A DNA stretch of 64,000 nt, from contig NMRA01000300.1 in NCBI GenBank assembly GCA_002633005.1, positions 241,783 to 305,782 of the forward strand, in the 5' to 3' direction. How positions within the stretch are numbered: the first letter of the stretch is position 1; the number at the start of each line of letters is the position of its first letter. Origin of the DNA: Phoronis australis. Taxonomy: Eukaryota; Animalia; Phoronida. Under the pieces are notes generated by a model. That model saw only the letters and a list, made by a program, of their open reading frames with translations, did not search any database and was not told where the DNA came from. Shown here piece after piece: positions 38,824 to 51,401 of this stretch. A program made the translations under genes and the position numbers.

Positions 38824-38993
38824 GGGAGATGATCTGGTGTCACAGGAAGTGAGTAAAGATGAGAAGCCACTTCTGCGACTGCACAAAGATGGCGCTGCAT
38901 ACACACTGAGTGTGTTAACACTGGAGGAAGTTGCACATGTGTTGAAGGTTTCAGGAGATAACAAGGTCAATGAAGCGAGGGCGTGTCTGGAAG
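38824..38993 (+). CDS. ODAD2: ODAD2/ARMC4 coding exon 2
   Basis: SQEVSKDEKPLL...KVNEARACLE; AG/GT boundaries, phase 2 to 1. Confidence 0.85.
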
Positions 38994-39133
38994 GTAGGCC
39001 TACTAAATTTTTGCAAAATTCTCAATTTTCAATAAAAATCGTTTGAATTTCCAGTTTTCTTCCTCACATTCAAGCTTCATGAGATCGTTTCTGAATTGGG
39101 TACGAGTTACTACTTTCATTTTTCATTTTCCAG

Positions 39134-39359
39134 CCAACCCCGACCCATTGATGCTGATAGGCGGCGACCGATTCGCCAGCACCAACCGTCCAGATGACCT
39201 GACCCAGTACCGCATGATGGACGAGCTGTACAAGGAAAGCAAAGAGGCCGAGGAGGACAGTGAGGAACTGAACCAAAAACGACTTTGTCTCCGTCTTGCC
39301 TCCATCATCAGCAGTTTTGACACTAAGCTGCTCACTAAATTCATCGATGTACTGTCCAA
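39134..39359 (+). CDS. ODAD2: ODAD2/ARMC4 coding exon 3
   Basis: ANPDPLMLIGG...LASIISSFDTKLL; acceptor TTTTCCAG, donor AA|GTAAG, phase 1 to 2. Confidence 0.85.
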
Positions 39360-39421
39360 GTAAGCACTGTGACTTACATGTAGATCACAACTAGTGTGAA
39401 TATATTCTGGTTACAGGACGA

Positions 39422-39513
39422 AGAAATTAATCGTAGTTATCAAAAGTAGTGGATTTAGAAATTAATCGTAGTTATCAAAAGTACTGGAAGAAATTAATCA
39501 TAGTTATCAAAAG
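39422..39513. repeat. Three-copy tandem repeat (AGAAATTAATCGTAGTTATCAAAAG...)
   Basis: Directly visible. Confidence 0.8.
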
Positions 39514-40144
39514 CAGAAATGGCCGCCTAGCATTGCTGTTGATGCTGGATGTTACAAGCTGATGTTTTTCATTTGAAAACGACATGTGGAGATAATCTGA
39601 CCAGATCTTCGTAAGATAATGCGCATAAATGTTTTGCTCTCCAGCACTTCTGACACATGACTCTCGGACACTGCTCTGAGTCTTAAGTCACAAATACATG
39701 CCAAGAATGCAAAATTACTTTATTCATGTACTCTGAACTCATGACAATGTATTGTAGGCATATCCGATGGTGACCAGTACATTGTTTAGTAAACATTACT
39801 TTCTCCTAGTTTTTCGTGTTTCATTTTGTCAGTTTGGAGCCTTTGTGAAAGTGAGAACTTGCTTGTGTTATAACAATTTATTTTGTTTTTATATTTTAAT
39901 TTATTTTGACTCAGATTATACATTTTGTGTCAAACAGCTGTCTGTCACGACTTAGTTGGTTAACATTACACGTCGTAATTATTACTCAGTCACAAAGGAA
40001 ATAATTATTTTACTTGTCATAGAGAGGTGTTGTTGAAATTGATTCATTAAAAAGTGAGATTAATTGATCGTTACCAAACCTAATCAAGTTACACGTCTTG
40101 AATGTCACGCTGTTGAAAATTCACAGCCATCTGTCACATTTCAG

Positions 40145-40254
40145 CCGCTTTTTCTTGACTCCCGCCCAAGTCGACCAACAGGTGGCCTTGCTGAAAAGCT
40201 TTTCTGGCGAGGAGGAGGAAACGCATGTTCTTGAAGATATTGTCTTCACATCAG
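40145..40254 (+). CDS. ODAD2: ODAD2/ARMC4 coding exon 4
   Basis: RFFLTPAQVDQQVALLKSFSG...VLEDIVFTS; donor G|GTGAG. An alternative in-phase acceptor exists at 40126. Confidence 0.8.
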
Positions 40255-40605
40255 GTGAGTGCATTAATGTAGACAGGAGAATAAGGGAGGGTGTGATCTG
40301 ATGTCTGTGTCTGTTACATAAAGACCTTGAATTCATTCACATGTGTGCAGCAGATGACAAGAATTGTATGTTTTCTGTGTATTCAAACTGAGTGTTGTTA
40401 GACTTGCTGTACTGCTTAAAATTGAGTTTAGAAACTATGTATTTCTGAAATCGATGGATTTTCAGTTCTGATTAATGATATATTATACTAATCGTTTTCA
40501 TCCTTCAGTACATATGATTTGTATTGACTGTTTTGAAAACCAAAGTGTGCACTTGCTGTTTTGCAATGATATCATTAAATTTATTACTTTTCATTATTTT
40601 TGCAG

Positions 40606-40736
40606 ATTACAAATTTCAAAATGGCTGCCGGACAAGTGCCTGGCGCCAGGCTCACAGTGAGATTGCCTACATCAGAGTCATCCCTCATGACGTAGACCAG
40701 TTTTATGTAGTCGCTACAAAAACTGGGTTTTTTGAG
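40606..40736 (+). CDS. ODAD2: ODAD2/ARMC4 coding exon 5
   Basis: DYKFQNGCRTSAWRQAHSEIAYIRVIPHD matches ARMC4 [29 protein letters not shown] as recalled; phase 1 to 0. Confidence 0.9.
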
Positions 40737-40948
40737 GTATGGTTCATTCAGTTGACTCTGTCTGCTTTCTACATCGCAGTAGAGCTTTATAATCTCTTTC
40801 AAAGGTGGAGTCTTTTTCAGTTCTTGTTTAAATTTTTTATAATCTCTTACACTGGTAAGTCACACGCTATTATTATTTAAAACATTGAGATCTGTAGTTG
40901 ATATGATGAAGTGCCATCTGTTGTTCATCATTTCAACTTGGGTTGTAG

Positions 40949-41074
40949 GGTGAGGAGAATGCGGAGGAGACTGAGAAGGACGCCCCCTTTAGGATTGTGG
41001 GAGAGTCATTCAGTGAGTTGGCTACGCTCATCAAGACAAAAAGTCCAAAGTTTGGAGACTTGTTTGACAAAAGG
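40949..41074 (+). CDS. ODAD2: ODAD2/ARMC4 coding exon 6
   Basis: GEENAEE...FSELATLIKTKSPKFGDLFDKR; TAG acceptor, GTAAG donor, phase 0 to 0. Not in the ORF track. Confidence 0.85.
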
Positions 41075-42411
41075 GTAAGTAACCATTTTGTAGTCATCAC
41101 GACTCCGTGGTTGACCATCTCATGTTAGGATATAGAGATAGACTAGTGAAATAGAAAGATTGTACCAAGCATATGATTGTTGGGCAGAATGACAAATAGT
41201 ATCATGCAGTTACACATTATTTAGAAATGTGACACAAAGTAATACTTTTAACGTTCTTAATTGACTTCTTTTCATATTAGTTGTCACTGAATAACACTAT
41301 TACCATGTAATTACTGCAATGTATTATAAATGTACAGCATTTCATCACTTGCACAACTTTGTGATGTTGTGACATAAGACTCACTAAGACAGGTATTTAG
41401 AAGTTAGTTACAGCAGTTATGATTGTAGAGGTGTTTGCCATGGGGGTGCACTGTTAATGTAGAGGTGTTTGCCAAGGGATGCTCTGTGAGTGTAGAGGTG
41501 TTTCCCATTCGGTGTTCACAGAACAAGTTCCTATTAGAAAGTCATGTTATCTGTGGAACATGTAACACTTTTTTGCATTTGGATAAATTGCAGTTCAGAA
41601 CTGAATATTAGTTACTCTGTTCATGGTCAATTAGATGTAACTTGCTGTGTTCTGTAGGAGGCTTTAGACTGACATAAAACAGTTTTATGTTAACGTAACA
41701 TGATGTTTGTGTGTGAACTTTGCACTTGTGCTGATACTAACTGCTACAGCATCATTAACTGTGGGCGTGTCCATGTGAGCTTTGATTGGCACTAACACTG
41801 AAGCACTGCTGCCATGGATACTGACCACACAGCATCACTGACTGTCATGACTACAAGATGGATTTTGGCAGGTTTTTTCGAGGTGAGAAAAATGTCAACC
41901 CCGTGGGTGACATGTTTTTTGTTGATAGAACTGTTCTTCGGCGAGTATGATGTCACAAAATGCCAGTGAGACTTGTTAATATAAATATTGAATGAAAAGT
42001 CACATTTCTGCAAGAAACTAATCTCACTAGATTTTCTGACTGTCAAGCACACAGTTTTGTCTGTTCTGACTCAAACACAAAACACGTTTTCATACCAAAC
42101 ACAGTCCATATACAGCAACCATCTCTTGTTCTCAGGATTCACATTAATGCCAACTATCTTAGGCAATTGAGGGTTGTCCACTTTTGTTTGCTACCCAAGG
42201 AATTATTTTGAATGAACTTTGTAACCTTTTTAAAAGCTTATAGCTAATTCTAATCCATGTCCACTGCTATGTGTGAAAGTTGATTAATGTTTGACAGAAA
42301 ATTATTGTTTGGATGCTAACTTCACTGTTTGGTGTGAAAAACAATTACTAAAACCTATGACATGACATTATTCTCCTTCTCTGCTCATTAACGCGTGTTA
42401 TATTTTCATAG

Positions 42412-42498
42412 ACGTGGGATGATCTTAATCGAGCTATTCAGAAGTATGAGAAGTCTCTGCAAAAGAAGGTCAAAAAGAGCCATGGAAATGAATCATAA
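42412..42498 (+). CDS. Candidate alternative terminal (or 57-nt cassette) exon of ODAD2
   Basis: Pyrimidine-rich acceptor ending TATTTTCATAG (AG 42410-42411), phase 0 like the exon 6 donor; reads TWDDLNRAIQKYEKSLQKKVKKSHGNES*. Confidence 0.4.
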   Translation, partial: TWDDLNRAIQKYEKSLQKKVKKSHGNES

Positions 42499-43674
42499 AT
42501 TATGCTATGTTGAAAATCTGTTAACACCTGCACACTGTTGACGGGCTAGTTACAGCACTTCACGTGATGGTGTTAACTCATTTTCAAAACTGTAGATGTT
42601 GATTCCATGGTTGCCTTGGTGACAGTGGGTCACTATGGCAACCAAACCTACAGACAATGAATTGTATTGTAAAGTGCCATGTAAGACTGCATGAACACTT
42701 GATCTAAAACAATAGTTTTAACATTGAAAACAATCAAAAAGTTTAAGAATAGCCATGATTTATGAAAAATGATTTTAATGTGCTTTTTTGTTTGTTCTCG
42801 TGTACCTTAAGTTTGTCCCTCCTCCATTCGGTGCAAATATAAAAATCAAAATTATTGCATGGCACAAAACCATTCATTAGTCTGTGACTTTACATGGCAC
42901 TATTTGACTTTGTATACGACTAGTTGAGTATCATTTGAAGCCACGTACAAGGGTTAGAAATCTCTAAAGATATTAAATTTGTTATTGCAGTTTCAACTCT
43001 GTTCGGCCTGTAGTACAATTGGTTACTGCACATTGACAAAATGAAAATAGGCCTTCATACCACTGAAATGGTGTTGTACGTATTTTTGAATATTGAATGT
43101 TTCACAAAATCTCTAAACTTTCCTTGTCAAACTTTGGCAGCGTTTATTATTTTACAGTGTTCCAATAAGACAAAATTGTTGATCTGTTTGCTTTATATGT
43201 GAAGGTTGTTACCTCTCAATCTGCGGGTTTGTGTATGATGCACATGTTATAGTGTGTAATAGGTAGCCCCATAAGCATTCCATGACATAAGTTTTGTGTA
43301 AAAAAATGTTTGAAAGACTTTTGTGTTGCAGTTAAAGTGGGCAGTAGTGCATTGTTACTGTTTATAATTTTGTTGTTAAGTTGAAAGTTCAACCTTAAAG
43401 TTGAAAGTTCAACCTCATAATTGAAAGCATGTGCACTTTTATATACTTTAGTTACTTTGCTTTTTAAAAAACTTAGACTTGCATTTTGCCCCGTTTTGTT
43501 AGCTAAAAAGAAAAATCAAGTTCGGCATTTTACTCTCATAAAATCTTTACCGTGATAGGATTCTATTGTTGTCGTCAAGAACATCAAAACCATCAGAGAC
43601 TTAACAAAACGTTTTAGAATTTACTGGGGTTGGCCAGCCCTAAAATTACAAATTTGGAAATAGCACATATACAC

Positions 43675-43743
43675 GTTGCCTGTGATGCCAGTTGCCTGTG
43701 ATGCCAGTTGCCTGTGATGCCAGTTGCCTGTGATGCCAGTTGC
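43675..43743. repeat. 16-nt minisatellite (GTTGCCTGTGATGCCA), about 4.3 copies
   Basis: Perfect tandem copies. Confidence 0.9.
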
Positions 43744-45711
43744 TGGCCCATTTGGCAACAGTTCAAGCTAGGATGAGAGGGCTGGTGATACTTTTAAACT
43801 CCGAAATGTTTTGGTTAAGAATTCAACACTGACAGCTAAACATAGGGATGGAATGCAACTTTAAATGTGTTTCATGGCAACAGTCTGTAATTGTTATCTG
43901 CATAATAACAATGTTGCTCATTTCAACGTCTCAAAATGAAATAATCAAATTTGATCAGTCATGTTGCTCTAACCAGTTATTTATATGATTTTTTACTTTT
44001 CTGCTTTTTTGAGCGATTAGTATTTTACTGACTCAGTGTAAACAAATGTTGCTGTGTTTTGTGAAGCTATCATGTTGACTACGCATGGTACTGTGGGTGT
44101 AAGGAGATCTGTCTCACGGCATGTGATTAGGGCTGAAGCTATACCAGTGTAATGAAATCTGTCTCATGGCTTGTGATTCAGGCTGAAGCTATACCAGTGT
44201 TAATTCTGTTGTAAGGTATATAATGTTATACACAAGATGTCATTGTATGCACTGAATAGTCAATAGAGTGTGTGAGTTGTTTTGATTGAAAATACAAGTT
44301 ATTGAATGGATTCAATTGTGTTTCAAGCAGTTCTCATTTGAAAGCCTTCATTGTTCCTGTCTGTTTGGTATCGTTATGGTAACCATGGATGAAAGGACAT
44401 TATGTGTCCATTCTAGGGCCTTATGTCCAGTTTTTAGAAAAGTGTCAAAATCCAACTAAGTTTTGTTCACATTCATGATTTTCAAATTTGACCTTGATGA
44501 CCCCTAAATTCAATCAACAACGTAGATGTAACTCCAAATCTCAATTATCACACTACAAAATAGTCTTATCTCTAGAACTGCATTTAATCTACAAATGCTG
44601 TTTTGCAATTTTCTCCTAGTTTGTGTGGTCCTACCTCAATCTGAAATAATGTCTTGAGCCCCACTTTGTAAGATATTTAAGAGGTTTTTAATACTTCTGT
44701 TAATTAGGTAATAAGGTCTTGTACAGTGAAAGGTACATATTATGTACTTATGCAAATGACATGCTATGCTTGGTACAATCTTCTCATTCACATTTTGTTT
44801 TGAAGAGGCAAGGAGATTTTGCTATGACTTGTCTTCGAACAGGTAAGTTGTTTTGGTCAGTGCAAACTAATACACTGCAAACGCTCCTGCAATTTATGAA
44901 ATTATTCCTTTGAGGCGGGCTTGGAGCGTTATACTACAGTGGAATTATAAACACCTTCTCGATTGTCTTGATTTTTGCCCAAGAAAATACTTTTTGATGA
45001 TTTGATATTTCGAAAGATGTCCTTGAAAACTATTGATCTGCCAATAAACCTGCATTTTATTTTTTAAATTTCAAAATAAAAATATCGTAGAAGTTCCCGT
45101 TGTTCTTCAAATTACATTTCAATTATTTTATTATTTTGTTGCTAAAGTGTCAGCCTTTTTGTCACAAAGATCTGAAGGTACAGCTACATTCTTGATCCCT
45201 TCTGTTCAAGATATACTTGGGTTTAACTCTGAACATGCCTCTTTGGCACTGTGCGAGATCGTTTGAAGTTTTCAAAAATAGGAGAAATTTTCAAAATAAA
45301 CTGAACTGTACCTCAACTGAACTCTGAACTGTTATGTAATGGTTAACATTCTTTACTCAAATTTTGAGCAGTAAAATAAGTAAAAACATTGTCACATGAT
45401 CACAGATATTTATGTATTGTATTTGTACACAATAAGGTTCTGTGAATATCAAGAATTTTAAGAATATATAGTTTCATAGGTTGACAATTAATACTAAAAG
45501 TCATTTATTTGATCCTTGCCCAACAAAGGGTACCTCGGTGCTGCGGTACTTTGAAGTATTGTTTTTTGCTAATCGCTTTACTTGAGTCAGGGCTGTGGTA
45601 CCTTGAAGTATTCCAGTTTTGCTAACAGCTTTACCAGAGCTTTTCCTTGAAGCGTATTTAGGTCAAGACTTAGTCTCAGTTTTTCAACTGTCATCAATTC
45701 TTCCTCCGTAG

Positions 45712-45920
45712 GACTTTGTTACGACTGGCAAGAAAGAAAAAGAACAGACGTTTGAGTCGACGCAGGACAACGTGGATGGTGGGGCCCCTGTACAGCACAA
45801 GGTAGACATGCAGGTGGATGAGAACGATAACCGGAAGGTCGACAAGAGGTCAGATCAGAAGAGGAAGCTGGAGCCGTCGCTGAAATGGAAAAGTCTCGGT
45901 GTTGAGGATGCTAAGGAGAA
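45712..45920 (+). CDS. ODAD2: ODAD2/ARMC4 coding exon 7
   Basis: DFVTTGKKE...KRKLEPSLKWKS (ARMC4 KRWEPSLNWKT as recalled); phase 0 to 2, donor AA|GTAAG. Not in the ORF track. Confidence 0.85.
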
Positions 45921-46537
45921 GTAAGCATTGTGCAATATCTGTGTTTGCATCGACATAAATGGAAATAAAACAACAAAATTTCATGTGTTACTACACAAAT
46001 TGTATCTTCAAGCAAATCAAATGTTTGAAAGCCTGTCTGGTGATTTTGTCAGTGCAATTATATTTACTGCATGGTAAAGATTCTTCAAATTTATATTTTT
46101 TTCGAAATTTTCAATAAGCGTAAAAAAGAAGACCTTACTTCATTGTTTGAAAACTTTACACAGTACAGCTGTCATTAAAAAACAACTAAATTATGAACAT
46201 TATTGTCAATACAGTGATTGTTTAACAATGAAAATTACTTTCAACACAGTGAGTGTTTAAACATGAAAAAATGAGGATTTTGACCAGTTCGAAATTTAAG
46301 GAAACTTTACTGTATGAATTGTGTTTTCTGGGTGATATTTGATCATATTTTAAGAAAGGATAGTAATTTCCATGTTAAGTTCTCTTTAATTCGTCTTAGT
46401 CAAGTGACAAAAACTCTGACCCTTAGTCTTTGATTGCATTTGATTGTATGTTAAAGCTCATGTTTGTTTTAACTGATTTTAAAAGTGGTGGAGCTTCATC
46501 TAATAATCATAGTGTTAACTGTGTTTTTTTTAAACAG

Positions 46538-46609
46538 GGAAGAGCAGAGGAATAAGTCTGCTTCTAAGAAGGCAAATCAGTCTAAAAAGAAAGTTGGACA
46601 GCGCTCAAG
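46538..46609 (+). CDS. ODAD2: ODAD2/ARMC4 coding exon 8 (72 nt, basic linker)
   Basis: Poly-T acceptor ...TAAACAG; EEQRNKSASKKANQSKKKVGQRS; donor AG|GTAAG, phase 2 to 2. Confidence 0.75.
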
Positions 46610-49123
46610 GTAAGGCTTGCTTGTCTCCAATATTGAAGATTTTTGGCACATGCCCAATAATGACATACCACTTGGTGGACTGAGAAATTAATTTAGATTT
46701 GAGACTTCAACTGAACCGTACTCTATGCACGACTAAAAAATTGATCAATCACGTCCATTAAAATCGAGAGTTTGGTTGAAGCATGACATATGATTGGTCA
46801 GCGTTTCAACCTTTTTCTAGTAAAGATTCAGAGGACGCGCTCCCTAGCTGGGTCTTAACCTGGTAATAGAAAGACTTGTCTTTGTTGTTCGGGACTTGGC
46901 GGAGTGAATGGATGCTTACTGCTTTCAACATGTCACTGTAAATTTGAGAGTTTACAATTAGATCTAGTGTTCTGGTACTAGAATTGAACTCAGTTTGGAA
47001 GGTTCTGTTTGGTGCAGTTGTTTGTGAAAGCATTATTTTGCTGCCACAGCAGTGGGTGAGTTTAACAATTGGTCACGTGGATGTTGCATTTTGATTGTTA
47101 TTTTTAAACAATTTAAAGTGTCCCTTATGATTCTACCGGAACTATGTGTTTAAACATGCAAACTGAAGCAGTTCAACCTTTGGTTTCAGAATTCTCATTA
47201 TTTTCATTTGTTATTTTTGAAACCTTTTATTGAAAATGGTGAAATTAACAAAACTTTGTCAATAGCAAATTCTTCCCATGTCCTCGTACCACTGGGTAGT
47301 AGCTATATGTTATTCCAGCTGGGACATTTGGCAATAACATTTAATGAATTTCATCTTTTTAAATCTAGTATGTTTGCGGTTGTGAATGAAATGCGGTAGG
47401 GAACATGGTGGAACCAATGTGCTTACTGTTCATGGTTGTGTTTAATTAAGCAAATACGATATAACTTAATACAACTGTGTCAGACACATTTTGACAAACA
47501 CAGAGACTGTGTTGTGTTGTCTAATAGCGATTGTCTTGAAGGTCGAGCTATAAGTCTGTTTATCATCACAAAGACCAACTTTGAGTCTTTGATCTGCTTA
47601 CCATCCTTAATAAATTGGGCTCAAACTGTTCTTTAGTCAAAATAAATGTGGTTTCTGGGCATGGAAACTACTGACAGCCCGTTCTTGCTTGAGAGCAGGT
47701 TCTACAAATTGACGCGTCACAGTGTGTCATTTCAAGTTATTTGTCAAGCTTGGTCTCAAGGAATAAGCTGTCAGTTCTCTGCAAGATCAAAAATCACTTG
47801 ACATCCGAGTGATTGACAAACTGCGACCAATGTTACAGCAGTTGGTTGTGTCAATCAAAAGGCAGTTTCATTGACAAAACGCAGGTTATTAGCCACTTTG
47901 ATCTACATCACCAGACTTTGGTTCGTCTTCCTTGTTTGTTAATCAAAAGGACGACTTCAGTTCTTATATCAGCATGTTCTCAAAAACAACAATCAACTTC
48001 ATTCTATTTTTTTTCATTCAATTGTTTTGTTTTACTAATCAATCAGCAAGTTCTGTTGATCCTGTAACCTTTAACTGTATACGCAATTAAGACGTGTCAG
48101 AAAAATGGCTGCATAATGAGTTTTTCCATGATTTGCCACCAGAGGATCCCATTTTTTTCAAGGCATAAGACAAGTTCAAAACAAAGATGTTTGTAACCCC
48201 ATTATTTCATACATGTTGCTGTGATTTTTAGAAGAGTGAAAGTTTTCATATTCAAGATTATCTCACGGCCATGTTCGTGAGCCACATTTATAATATTGTG
48301 TGCAAATTAGAATCAGGGTTCCAGACATCTTCAAAGTTAAAGTAATACTTACGACTTTTTATAAAAGGATCCCCATTATTATTTACTTTATCTAAAAATT
48401 AAGGGACACAATTCTGTCTGTTAAAGTTGATGAGAGCAGATTTTATTTTACAATGATTTGTGATGAACAATAGTGTTTCCGGCCGCTTCGCATTATCACA
48501 ACAAGTTACCAATTGAATGTTTGTCAAATCCTGTATACGTAATGTGTGGTAAAATGTCATAAATTTTGGTAGAATGGGGTGGACACGTGTTGGACATGTG
48601 GATGGACATGTGACGGACATGTGCATTTTCCCATTTGTTTTCAGAAACAATAAGTATATCAGCAAAGCAATACACTACATTGTCTTATAGTGTGGCTCTG
48701 AGGCTCAGGTTCCTGGCAGTTTTAGAAATATGTATTCATTCAATACAATACCTTGAAAATGGGGAAGAAGACAATTTTGACAAAAATGTTTTTCCTTTGA
48801 AATTGATGAGATTTTGCCATCATTGATAAATTAATAAGCTTCACTCACATTGTGATAGTCAGCCAAGTTATGTACATATTGGCTCATTTTCCATTTCCTA
48901 TTTTGTCACTATGCAGCAGACATGCAGTTAGGGTCCCAAGTGCTTTCAAAGTGATGTCATCAATAGTCTGACATCACTGTGATGCCAAGTAACACAAACA
49001 AGCTTGCTGGGCTGCAGATATCATTAAAATATTACGTCACCAACAGAACCAAGGTCAAACGCTGGGAGACTGCTGTAATAAAATCAACGGGGTGGAGGCC
49101 GAAAACAAAAATCAAAATTTCAG

Positions 49124-50506
49124 GCCCGAAGACCAAATGAACACTCAAGATGATGGTGATGGGGGGACTGACAATGCAGAGATGGCAGAAGAAGGGGAAG
49201 GTTTTGAACCAAACAAGACAGACAGTCAGGAAAATGGAGAGGCTGCCAATAGAGAGAATGTAGAAGAATTTGAAGGTTTTAACTCAAACCCTGTGGACAG
49301 TCAGGAGGTTGTCAGTAATAGTGGGAACAACAGCCCCGTCAAGAGAGGCAGCAGCGATGGTGGCAATGAGCATGATGAAGCAGGTCAAGACTTGATAATG
49401 AATAAGACCAGTGATGGTAGTAGTGGTGAAGGAAGTTCTAGAAGTGGGGTCAATCAAACACCTGAGGACAGCCAAGATGGTGGCCTAGAGGTGGCACAAA
49501 GTGCAGATCTCGGAATGGATATTGACAAAAGTTTGGAGAAACCTCTGGGAGACCAACTGATAGCAGGTGAATCACAGAGCACCAGAAAAGCTAAAGAAGA
49601 TGAAGACTCTACAGTAACTAAGGAGGAGGTGAAGAGGGACAGTTTATCTACTAGCATGGTGTCTGGACAACGCGCGTCAGTGGAGTACAGGGTGGATATT
49701 CTGTTGGGTCAAAATGTTGGGACACCTGTCGAAAGTGGCAAGTCAGCAGAGGTGTTGAAAGAAGAGATTGAAATGGGTTATGAGAGGATCATGAGTGAGC
49801 AGCAAAGTGAGGAGAATGATGGAGAAGAATTTGGATATCTTGAGGACATTGGAGAAGAGGTAGACCAAGGGTTGGAAGTAGGAGATGCTGAGAAGGAAGT
49901 GGAGGTTGTTGAGGAAAAAGAAGCAACTGAGATCTATGAGCAGGAGATAATGGCTGCTAATGTACCACTGACAGAGGAGGAAATAGATCACATAGTGGAG
50001 GAATTTGATGGAAGACAGAGTACTTATGATGTCACACAGATGGATGGTGTGGAGAGGTCAAACAAAGAGATCTTGGCTGAAATTCGTAATGTCGAAACCT
50101 CAGCACTGACAGAAGCGCGTTCGAGAGACTTGTCATTCTCTTTAAACACCAAGGAGTTTGTGGAACACAGACGGCGTAGATGCTCGACAGATACAGGCCG
50201 TCTACAGGAGAGCATGGGCAGAGATATGCGCAAGTCATTGATGACTCCCATGTTGCCTGGCCGTAAGATCAGCTTCCGAGATGAGCTCACAGGAGAAAGC
50301 ATTGAAGCAGTGGCACCTCAGCATATGCAGTCACTGCCAAGGGATAGGCGACATTCAGAAAACATGCCAAAGTCAGATGACTTGGACACGGTTCCGACAA
50401 TACTAGAGGTGGCTTTGCAACACGGTGAATCAGCAGTGTCGCTAGTGGATGACAATGTTTCTATACTGTCTGATCGATCCTCTGCAGAAGAATCCAGTCT
50501 TCCTAA
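49124..50506 (+). CDS. Large acidic, low-complexity alternative exon of ODAD2 (cassette, or alternative first exon from ATG 49137)
   Basis: Lies in a 478-codon open frame in an otherwise stop-rich intron. Acceptor AATTTCAG (49123) and donor AA|GTATAT (50506/50507) are both phase 2; 1383 nt = 461 codons; in frame with exon 9. Confidence 0.6.
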
Positions 50507-50715
50507 GTATATATATTTTATCAATTAGTGAATCATGGCTTTGTTCCTTGAAGGGTATGTACACGCATGATTTCTCAAATGGTGGTCACCTGCATGGCAA
50601 GAACAGAAACTTAATGCAGTTCAGTCTGTAATCTTCATTTTTTTCTTGTTAATGTAACTACCCCTGAAGTGTGTAGTGTTAAAAAGTGTACTGAACATTT
50701 GTTGTTTTGGGTCAG

Positions 50716-50869
50716 GTCAAAAGCGAAGACGCCACAAGATGAAGATTCATTCAGCGAGAGTTCTTCAGAGAGTGAAGAGGAAGAGGAGACTCTGGACCGC
50801 CGCACTGAGTCGAACTCTGACCTGCCGTCTGAGTACTGGCAGATACAAAAACTGGTCAAGTATCTCAAG
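50716..50869 (+). CDS. ODAD2: ODAD2/ARMC4 coding exon 9
   Basis: [12 protein letters not shown]...[17 protein letters not shown] is an ARMC4 hallmark; ends at non-canonical donor AAG|GCAAGT. Confidence 0.93.
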
Positions 50870-51164
50870 GCAAGTGTCATTTAGTTGAACGGGGCTTCCT
50901 ACACATGCTTAGTCAAGCTTGATAATATGTCTCAGTCTTTAATTGCTATTTTCTTCAAGCTTGAATTTCCTTGCTGCCTTACTTAAACTACTCATGAATA
51001 AGCTTGTTGGACAGTCATCCTTTTTAACGTAGGATTCTAATCTTTGAAATTCACACTTGGACTGATCTTGGCACTTAAAGAAGTATTTAAGCTTGATTTG
51101 GTACATTAAGTGCATTACTCTTATTCTTAGTTGATCATTGTCTGTTCTCTAGCTGTAGTTTCTT

Positions 51165-51401
51165 TGTTATTTACACCTGTACTTATTGTTTATTTACACC
51201 TGTACTGATTGTTTATTTACACCTGTACTGATTGTTTATTTACACCTGTTCTGATTGTTTATTTACACCTGTACTGATTGTTTATTTACACCTGTACTGA
51301 TTGTTTATTTACACCTGTACTGATTGTTTATTTACACCTGTACTGATTGTTTATTTACACCTGTACTGATTGTTTATTTACACCTGTACTGATTGTTTAT
51401 T
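51165..51401. repeat. 23-nt minisatellite (ACACCTGTACTGATTGTTTATTT), 10 copies, abutting a splice acceptor
   Basis: Unit starts at 51173, 51196, ... 51380; last unit runs into TTCAG (51404). Confidence 0.92.

Noticed and set aside
41750-41882. Possible cryptic or poison exon (TACTAAC..CTACAG acceptor, GAG|GTGAG donor)
   Set aside because: Branch motif is too close to the AG and the frame stops after two codons; no further support.
49284-50524. Minus-strand ORFs over the acidic exon
   Set aside because: Antisense shadows of a biased coding strand.
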